14,551 nt of DNA from NCBI GenBank assembly GCA_040905465.1, contig JBBDRK010000042.1, forward strand, positions 18,918 through 33,468, given 5' to 3'. This document shows positions 8,956 to 14,551 of this stretch, one piece after another. This stretch comes from Trueperaceae bacterium. GTDB taxonomy: Bacteria; Deinococcota; Deinococci; Deinococcales; Trueperaceae. Position 1 is the stretch's first letter. Each line of letters begins with the position of its first letter. A model generated the notes under the pieces. The model ran no database searches. It had not been told where the DNA came from and saw only the letters and a program-made list of their open reading frames with translations. The translations under genes and the position numbers were made by a program.

Positions 8956-10209
8956 TCAGAAGCGAACCGGTAACGCCTGCAGGCCGTGGAAGCTCATCCC
9001 CTCGCGCCACTGCAGCGGCTCGCCGGTGAGCGCCAGGGTCGGCAGGCGGTCAAGCAGCGTATTTACGGCGATCTGCCCCTCGAGTCGCGCCAGCGGCGCT
9101 CCCAGGCAAAAGTGGATGCCCATACCGAAGGCACTGTGGCGACCCACCTTGCGCTCGACGTCGAGGCGGTCGGGGTCGGCGAAACGTTCAGGGTCGCGGT
9201 TGGCTGCGCCGAAGATGAAGCCGACACCTGATCCCGGCGCAATGGCGCGACCACCCATCTCGACCTCTTCCGCCGCCACCCGGAAGGTAACCTGCACCGG
9301 ACTGTCGTAGCGAAGGAGCTCCTCGATGGCGTTGTCGATCAACCCCGGTCGTTCACGAAGCTTTTCCATTTCGGCGGGACTGGAGAGCAACGCCAGCATG
9401 CCGTTGCCGATCAGGTTGATGGTCGTCTCGTGCCCGGCGATCAGCAGGAGGATGCACATGGCGACGAGCTCCTCCTCGTTCAGCCGGCTGCCCTCCTCTT
9501 CGGCGGCGATGAGCCCGCTGATCAGGTCGTTGCGCGGCTCACTCCGACGGTGGCGGATGATCCTGCCCAGGTAATCGCTCATCTCGAGGGTGGCCTGGCT
9601 GGCGGCGGCATAGACGTCGGGCGATGTTCTGACGTCGATGGCGGCTGTGCCTACTCGCGACCACTCCTTGAACAGGTCACGGTCCTCGGACGGGATCCCA
9701 AGCATCTCGGCGATTACGATCACCGGCAGCGGGAAGGCGTAGTCGCCGATCAGGTCCATGCCCCCATCATCCTCCGCAGCGTCGACCAACTGCGCCGCAA
9801 TCTCCCTTATGCGCGGCTCCAGAGCGGAGACCATCTTCGGGGTGAAGGCACGGTTGACCAGCGAGCGTAGCCGCGTATGATCGGGCGGATTCCGGAACAG
9901 CATCCAGTTGCGCGACATCTCCACGAACGGCCGGTAGGCTTCCGGCACCGCCTGCGACGACGCCATTTGTGGCCTGATAAAGCGCGCGTCCTTCAGGCCG
10001 GCCATCACGTGGTCGAAACGGAAGAGGTACCAGCAACCGTCGACGTTCGGCGTCGGCGGCGCCCCGTAGTGCACCGGATCCGCCTCACGGTAGCGTGCGT
10101 AGATGGGGTAAGGGTTCTCGCTGAATCCAGGCACGAAGGGATCGAAGCGTGAAGGCTGAGCCACCCCTCCCTGACCGACCCCGTTTGCGGCATCTCGAAC
10201 GTCTGCCAT
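8956..10209 (-). CDS. Cytochrome P450
   Basis: NPPDHTRLR, I-helix AGHETT, ExxR (EELLR), ANRDPERF, heme-thiolate motif FGMGIHFCLG. Start ATG 10209 (MADVRD) preceded by GGAGG at 10215-10219. Confidence 0.96.
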   Translation of the reverse strand: MADVRDAANGVGQGGVAQPSRFDPFVPGFSENPYPIYARYREADPVHYGAPPTPNVDGCWYLFRFDHVMAGLKDARFIRPQMASSQAVPEAYRPFVEMSRNWMLFRNPPDHTRLRSLVNRAFTPKMVSALEPRIREIAAQLVDAAEDDGGMDLIGDYAFPLPVIVIAEMLGIPSEDRDLFKEWSRVGTAAIDVRTSPDVYAAASQATLEMSDYLGRIIRHRRSEPRNDLISGLIAAEEEGSRLNEEELVAMCILLLIAGHETTINLIGNGMLALLSSPAEMEKLRERPGLIDNAIEELLRYDSPVQVTFRVAAEEVEMGGRAIAPGSGVGFIFGAANRDPERFADPDRLDVERKVGRHSAFGMGIHFCLGAPLARLEGQIAVNTLLDRLPTLALTGEPLQWREGMSFHGLQALPVRF

Positions 10210-10240
10210 GATGACCTCCATACCCAAAGTGGCGAACGTT

Positions 10241-10249
10241 ACCATAACA
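10241..10249 (-). promoter_or_regulatory. Putative extended -10 for the P450 gene
   Basis: Minus strand TG-t-TATGGT about 30 nt upstream of the ATG, followed by a GGAGG SD. Confidence 0.5.
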
Positions 10250-10310
10250 GAGGCGCCTTCGTGGCGGAACAGTCAATCGAACCCTGGTTGCCATGATAAT
10301 CGCCTTTTCG

Positions 10311-11423
10311 TCAGTCCCGGTTTGTCTCGGTCGTTGCAGCAACGCCCGAGTATTTCCGCGCCTGATCCGGCGGTTCCCGGCAGACGCCGGCCACCCACAG
10401 GTCGCGGTCTAGCGAGCTGCCGCCCCAGACCAGCAGGATCGCCATGATCCCGTAGAACGGCAGGTGCCCGACGAGCTCGACCCAGTTGAAGACGGTGAGC
10501 GTGAGGTTGAATGGCAGCCACGCCACAACGATCGTCTCGCGCACGAAGACGTTGAACAGCAGCAACAGGCCGATAGCCAGCTCGACCGCGCCGGCTCCCA
10601 GGATGAACGGCGAATCGGGGATCGGCAGCCCCATCTCCCCGGTGAAGTTGAGCGGATAGCGCTCCAGGAACGCCAGGGCCAGCGGCAGATTGGCGAGCTT
10701 CTCGGTGAACGCCACGACGATGAAGCTCACGCCCGCGAACACTCGCAGGGCCGGCACCGCCCTGCGTACCAACCGTGCCGGCGGCTCGAGCCGCGGGAAG
10801 ATCAAGCGGTCGATAGAGAGCGGTCCCCGCCCGGCCAGGAAGAAAAAGGCCGCGAAGCCCAGTATGTGGGCGTTTTCCAGCATCGCCACCGGGGAGGCGA
10901 CCCACAATCCCAGCAGCCACAGGCCCGCCAGGACCAGTGCGGCAGCCCGAGTGAAGCCGCCGTAGAACAGCGATAAAGCCGCCCCGGTCTGCACCAGGCC
11001 CAGAACGTAGCGCCAGCCGCCTCCCAACACAACGTCCGGTGAGAGCAGGTTGCCGCTGACCCCGGCGATGAGCAGGGGTACCGCCAGGTGCACGCCCAGG
11101 ATGAGAGGCACCAGACCGTACAAAGCGCTGAGCCCCTGCGAAGACGCCCTGAACAACTCGGGCCCCGGCAGGAGGTTGCGGCGGTCGCGAAGGCGCCATA
11201 GCCCCCAGGCTGCCAGGAAGAACACCAAGGCCGCGGCTACGAACCAGACCGCCTCCGGAGTGAAGGCGCTCGCCAGGTCGGTGCTGAACCGCTCGTCGTC
11301 GATGAACCATTTTTCGTGGGCCGAGCCGGTTCCGGTGAGCGTTGTGGCCAGGCCGGCGGCAGCGGCGCGCCTAATCGCCGGGATGACCCCCGGGGACGGG
11401 GCGGTGGAGCGAGAGGTGGTCAC
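10311..11423 (-). CDS. DoxX-like multi-pass membrane protein
   Basis: About 9-10 hydrophobic segments. N-terminal signal-like stretch ending SA-HEKWF. Two DoxX-like halves (LGLVQTGAALSLFYGGFTRAAA and GAVELAIGLLLLFNVFVRE), GRGPLSID linker, ELVGHLPFYG. GTG start is uncertain. Confidence 0.75.
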   Translation of the reverse strand: MTTSRSTAPSPGVIPAIRRAAAAGLATTLTGTGSAHEKWFIDDERFSTDLASAFTPEAVWFVAAALVFFLAAWGLWRLRDRRNLLPGPELFRASSQGLSALYGLVPLILGVHLAVPLLIAGVSGNLLSPDVVLGGGWRYVLGLVQTGAALSLFYGGFTRAAALVLAGLWLLGLWVASPVAMLENAHILGFAAFFFLAGRGPLSIDRLIFPRLEPPARLVRRAVPALRVFAGVSFIVVAFTEKLANLPLALAFLERYPLNFTGEMGLPIPDSPFILGAGAVELAIGLLLLFNVFVRETIVVAWLPFNLTLTVFNWVELVGHLPFYGIMAILLVWGGSSLDRDLWVAGVCREPPDQARKYSGVAATTETNRD

Positions 11424-11432
11424 AGGATGCGG

Positions 11433-11441
11433 ACGATAGCA
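11433..11441 (-). promoter_or_regulatory. Putative extended -10 for the DoxX-like gene
   Basis: Minus strand TG-c-TATCGT, 9 nt before GTG 11423. No SD visible. Confidence 0.4.
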
Positions 11442-11473
11442 TGCGTTGTACTCAGGCGGCTGTGCACCACGCC

Positions 11474-12037
11474 TTACTGTTGCGGATCGAAGTGCCAGCC
11501 GAACGATTGCGGCGCATCCTCGTCAGTGAGCACCATGCCGTCCGCGCCGGCGATAACGAGCACCGGATTCCAGCCGGCATCGAACGAAACCGAAATCTCG
11601 CCGGGTCCGCATTTCCCCTCGGCCGTGAACGGTGCGGGGGTATACAGGAAGTACCCGTGGCGGGCGGGCGTCCCGTAATTCCACAGCTGACGCGGGAGGT
11701 CGGTGAGCAGCAACCGACCGACCACTTCGCCCTCCTGCTCCACAAGCAGGTAGGGCAGGTAGGCGAGATCGAGCACGTCCTCCTCGTCGCAACCCATTCT
11801 CTCCTCTTCGAGCAGGCCGGGGTCGACGGCAGCAGGAAGCCGCAGTTCGAAGCGGTTGTCGTCGACTCGCGCCACCGCCAGCAGGGTGGGCGCCGTCACG
11901 CCTGCGTCAGAGATCGCTCGCGCCACCACCTCCGCGCCGTCCGGCACAACCGCGGGCAGGCGACCTTCCAATCGGAGTTCGTCTTGGGCGATTGCCAGGC
12001 TGGTGAGGAGGAGAAGAGAGGCTAGTAGATTGTGCAT
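11474..12037 (-). CDS. Hypothetical secreted protein (187 aa)
   Basis: AAAGGAG SD (12044-12050) 6 nt before ATG 12037. Sec-type signal peptide MHNLLASLLLLTSLAIA|QDE. Beta-rich, acidic mature part with two Cys and a GWNPVLV motif. Codon usage is GC3-rich. Confidence 0.8.
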   Translation of the reverse strand: MHNLLASLLLLTSLAIAQDELRLEGRLPAVVPDGAEVVARAISDAGVTAPTLLAVARVDDNRFELRLPAAVDPGLLEEERMGCDEEDVLDLAYLPYLLVEQEGEVVGRLLLTDLPRQLWNYGTPARHGYFLYTPAPFTAEGKCGPGEISVSFDAGWNPVLVIAGADGMVLTDEDAPQSFGWHFDPQQ

Positions 12038-12200
12038 CCGGCGCTCCTTTCGACGTTGAGAGTGGGTCGGTCGCGAGGCCAGGAGGCGTCCGGGATGCCA
12101 TCGGACGGTTAGAGCAACGACCGCCAAGGCACGGGGGAGTCGCCACCGGCACGACACGAGGATGCCGGATACGCCGTTAATGGAGCGTTACAGGGACGCC

Positions 12201-13481
12201 TCAGGGTTGCAGCCGGCTGCCGTCTCGCGGAAACGCCCGCGCGAAGCGGACGTTGGGGATTCCTAGCAGCAGCGCGGTAAGCCGTTCCGCACCGGCGGCA
12301 AAGCCGCCGTGAGGCGGCATGCCGTGGCGGAAGACCTCGAGGTAACCGCTGAAAGCTTCCGGGTCCATGTTGCGCTTGCGCAGTTCGGCAACCAGGTCGT
12401 CGTGGCGGTGGATGCGTTGGCCGCCGGAAGTGATCTCGACACCCCGAAACAGCAGGTCGAGACCGCGAGTCAGGCCGTCTTCGGTGGGGTAGGTGTAGAA
12501 CGGCCTCGCCGCCTGTGGATAACGCGTGACGAAAACGAAGTCGCTGGCGTGCTCCTCTTGCGCCCAACGGCCCAGCAGCCGCTCGGCCTCCGGATCGAGA
12601 TCCTTGCCGCCGGTGGTATGGCCGAAGCGTTCCTTCACCAGCTCGCGGGCTTCGAGCAGAGTGATCCGCGGTATCGGCACCGAGGTGTCGGGCACGCTTG
12701 CGCCCAGGGTCTTCAACTGGGCTCCGCACCGCTCCCTTACCGCGTCCATCATCGCCTTGATGGCCTCCTCCTGGAGAGCCATGACGTCGCGATCATCCTC
12801 GATGAACCCGAACTCGACATCGAGCGACAAGTACTCCGAGAGGTGCCTGGTGGTGTGGGACTGCTCCGCCCGGTACACCGGGGCAACCTCGTACACTCGT
12901 TCGAACACGGCGACCATGATCTGCTTGTAAAGCTGCGGCGACTGTGCCAGGAAGGCGCGCTTGCCGTAGTAATCGACCTCGAACTGGTTGGCGCCGCCTT
13001 CGGCACCGGCCGCAACGAGCTTGGGCGTGAAGATCTCGGTGAATCCGCGGGTGTCGAGGAAGGCCCTGAACGCCTTGACGAGCTCCGCCTGAACCTTGAG
13101 CGTGGCCTGCGCCTTCACCCCGCGTACGGTGACGTGCCGGTACTGCAGCAGCGTTTCCGGGTTGGCGTGCCACTCCTCCTTGGGAATCTCCACCGGCGGC
13201 GGGGCTATCGCTTCACTGATCGTCTCCAACCGCTCGGCCTGGAGCTCCAGCCCCGAGGGAGCCTTGGCATTCTCCACGACCCGACCGTGCACGCGGACAC
13301 AGCTCTCGAACAGGGGCAGCTCGGTCCCGCTGAACACGCATTGAATGAGACCGCTGCCGTCTCGGAGCAGGAGGAACTGGATTCCTCCGAGGTCGCGCCG
13401 GTTGTGGACCCAACCGTGCACTGTCACTTGCCGACCGACATGCTCGGGCAGGCTGACGATCGGTACTGCTGGTGCGGTCAT
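12201..13481 (-). CDS. aspS: Non-discriminating aspartate--tRNA(Asp/Asn) ligase, short archaeal-type (AspRS2)
   Basis: OB-fold GWVHNRRDLGGIQFLLLRD, motif 1 GFTEIFTPKL, AEGGA, LAQSPQLYKQ, motif 2 YRAEQSHTTRHLSEY, EITSGGQRIH, motif 3 GMPPHGGFAAGAERL. 426 aa with no bacterial GAD insertion. His (WVH) and Pro (KAPSG) sit at the positions associated with tRNA-Asn recognition. ATG 13481 has a GGAAG SD-like sequence upstream. Confidence 0.95.
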   Translation of the reverse strand: MTAPAVPIVSLPEHVGRQVTVHGWVHNRRDLGGIQFLLLRDGSGLIQCVFSGTELPLFESCVRVHGRVVENAKAPSGLELQAERLETISEAIAPPPVEIPKEEWHANPETLLQYRHVTVRGVKAQATLKVQAELVKAFRAFLDTRGFTEIFTPKLVAAGAEGGANQFEVDYYGKRAFLAQSPQLYKQIMVAVFERVYEVAPVYRAEQSHTTRHLSEYLSLDVEFGFIEDDRDVMALQEEAIKAMMDAVRERCGAQLKTLGASVPDTSVPIPRITLLEARELVKERFGHTTGGKDLDPEAERLLGRWAQEEHASDFVFVTRYPQAARPFYTYPTEDGLTRGLDLLFRGVEITSGGQRIHRHDDLVAELRKRNMDPEAFSGYLEVFRHGMPPHGGFAAGAERLTALLLGIPNVRFARAFPRDGSRLQP

Positions 13482-13506
13482 GGCGGCTTCCAATGGGTCA
13501 CGCTCC

Positions 13507-13536
13507 AAAAAAACCCGAGGCTTGGAACCTCGGGCT
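13507..13536 (-). terminator. Intrinsic terminator (attenuator) in the aspS leader
   Basis: Minus strand AG-CCCGAGG-ttccaag-CCTCGGG-TTTTTTT: perfect 7-bp GC stem, 7-nt loop, U7 tail, ending about 25 nt before the aspS ATG. Confidence 0.9.
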
Positions 13537-13558
13537 GAACGGCGGTAGAGGACGGCGT

Positions 13559-13639
13559 CTAGCTTCCGAGGGTACCCGCATCGGAATTATCCGGGTTCGA
13601 ATCGCAAGCCGGGGACCGCACATGCGGATCAGACGCCAT
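13559..13639 (-). CDS. Putative Asp/Asn-rich leader peptide (26 aa) MASDPHVRSPACDSNPDNSDAGTLGS
   Basis: ATG at 13639, 8 nt after the -10 box; TAG at 13559-13561. Cluster DSNPDNSD (13580-13603) has 5 Asp/Asn codons in 8. Lies between the promoter and the terminator upstream of the Asp/Asn synthetase. Confidence 0.7.
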   Translation of the reverse strand: MASDPHVRSPACDSNPDNSDAGTLGS

Positions 13640-13647
13640 AGTCGAGC

Positions 13648-13676
13648 ATGGTAGCAGGGAGCATCTCCGGTGTCAA
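13648..13676 (-). promoter_or_regulatory. Sigma70/SigA-type promoter of the aspS leader
   Basis: TTGACA (13671-13676), 17-nt spacer ending TGc, TACCAT (13648-13653). Confidence 0.88.
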
Positions 13677-13756
13677 CGACGACGTGCAGGACGCAAGGCA
13701 CTGTTTCGCCGGCTCTCCCGGCCGCCGATTGCCGTCCGCCAGCGGTCTGAGTACGG

Positions 13757-14155
13757 TCAGGAGTGATTGCGCAGGTAAGACTCGATCAACCGTATGTGTT
13801 CTTCGTCCTTGGGCCTGGCCAGGCGCCGCTTGAAAGCGAGAACGGCGTCCAGCGTCACGCACGGCAGTCCCGCCACCAGGCTCGAGCTGTCGACAAGCTC
13901 GTCGGCGTCGTCACCCAGCCAGCCGTTGAATATCTCCACTCCGGGAAGCGGCCGCACGACGTCGTCCAGGCGGGCCTGTTCGGCGGCTGCCAGGGTGAGC
14001 GCATGGCGCCACGCCGCCCCGCGCGACACGATATCGACGTCGTTGATCTCGTCGACCAGCCCGTAAGCCAGCAAGGGGCCGCTGCCGTGCAGGGCGAAGT
14101 CACCGGCGGGCAGGCGCAGTTCGGTGACCAGGCGCTTCACCTCGGGCAGCTTCAT
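13757..14155 (-). CDS. Small Pol-beta-superfamily nucleotidyltransferase-like protein (132 aa)
   Basis: hGS...DxD signature FALHGSGPLLAYGLVDEINDVDIV, a third acidic strand VEIF, and C-terminal K...RPKD helix typical of minimal NTase-fold proteins. Confidence 0.7.
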   Translation of the reverse strand: MKLPEVKRLVTELRLPAGDFALHGSGPLLAYGLVDEINDVDIVSRGAAWRHALTLAAAEQARLDDVVRPLPGVEIFNGWLGDDADELVDSSSLVAGLPCVTLDAVLAFKRRLARPKDEEHIRLIESYLRNHS

Positions 14156-14183
14156 CGAAGGGCGGGAGCCGGCGCCGATCGTC

Positions 14184-14551
14184 TCATGCGCATGTGCTGC
14201 CCCGCTCGTTGCGGGCAGTGGACGGCCAGGGCAGCGCCAGGGCGGTGCGGGCAGACTCGATCAACGGAACCAGGGACGACCGGCCGGCGAACTCGTCGGG
14301 CGTCAACCAATCGAATGCGTCGTGCTCGTCGCTGGGTGTCACCTTGCCGCCGACCACGCGACCGCGGTAGACGATCACCACCATCGGCTCGTCGTTGCGC
14401 CTGGCAGGGTAAGCGGTCACCGGCTGCCGGTCCAGCTCGACCTCGAGTCCGCACTCCTCGGCGATCTCCCGCCTTATCGCCGCCAGCGGATCCTCGCCGG
14501 GACGCACCCGCCCCGACAGTGTCTCCCACAGACCCGGCCCGGCGTCGCGCC
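14184..14551 (-). CDS. Nudix hydrolase; 5' end truncated by window edge
   Basis: The frame stays open to the window edge: RDAGPGLWETLSGRVRPGEDPLAAIRREIAEECGL is an exact Nudix box GX5EX7REUXEEXGU. Downstream SDEHDAFDW. Confidence 0.92.
   Translation of the reverse strand, partial: RDAGPGLWETLSGRVRPGEDPLAAIRREIAEECGLEVELDRQPVTAYPARRNDEPMVVIVYRGRVVGGKVTPSDEHDAFDWLTPDEFAGRSSLVPLIESARTALALPWPSTARNERGSTCA

Noticed and set aside
10210-10245. ORF-track P450 start at ATG 10245
   Set aside because: That ATG is inside the putative -10 box. The GGAGG SD supports ATG 10209.
734-12099. Shared 10-mer ccgggatgcc in two intergenic regions (734-743 and 12090-12099)
   Set aside because: Two copies of a GC-rich 10-mer in 14.5 kb are compatible with chance, and the surrounding sequence does not align.
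12038-12157. 40-aa N-terminal extension of the secreted protein
   Set aside because: A strong AAAGGAG SD and the signal peptide begin at ATG 12037.
13482-13508. ORF-track start of aspS at TTG 13508
   Set aside because: It lies inside the terminator U-tract with no SD. ATG 13481 has an SD-like GGAAG and gives a typical AspRS2 length.
70-13538. Long alternative-frame and antisense ORFs (e.g. 281-871, 591-1475, 1734-2771, 6963-8057, 10273-11310, 12309-13538)
   Set aside because: They overlap well-supported genes, have no recognisable motifs and are the expected shadow ORFs of high-GC codon usage.
13566-13580. T-box riboswitch interpretation of the aspS leader (GCGGGUACCCUCGG resembles the UGGNACC bulge)
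   Set aside because: The invariant U of UGGN is G here, the leader is only about 130 nt, and I see no Stem I AG-bulge/GNUG motifs. The D/N-rich uORF explains the structure better. Not fully excluded without an Infernal search.

Overview
High-GC bacterial chromosomal window, probably Deinococcota (Thermus/Truepera-like). This is inferred from the short non-discriminating AspRS, hslV and several -10 boxes sitting directly before start codons. Gene order: hslV (minus, runs off the left edge, acidic C-terminal tail; missing from the ORF track), divergent thymidine kinase, a complete type I restriction-modification operon hsdM-hsdS-hsdR whose hsdS target-recognition domains are low-GC, and a chloramphenicol-phosphotransferase-like P-loop kinase. 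Then a minus-strand run: cytochrome P450, DoxX-like membrane protein, secreted hypothetical protein, non-discriminating aspartyl-tRNA(Asp/Asn) synthetase, small nucleotidyltransferase-like protein and a Nudix hydrolase (runs off the right edge). The most interesting unannotated element is the AspRS leader: a near-consensus sigma70 promoter, a 26-aa Asp/Asn-rich leader ORF (MASDPHVRSPACDSNPDNSDAGTLGS), mutually exclusive 1:2 / 2:3 / 3:4 hairpins and an intrinsic terminator. Together these look like a ribosome-mediated Asp/Asn-sensing transcription attenuator. No tRNA, rRNA, CRISPR array, transposase or integrase was seen.
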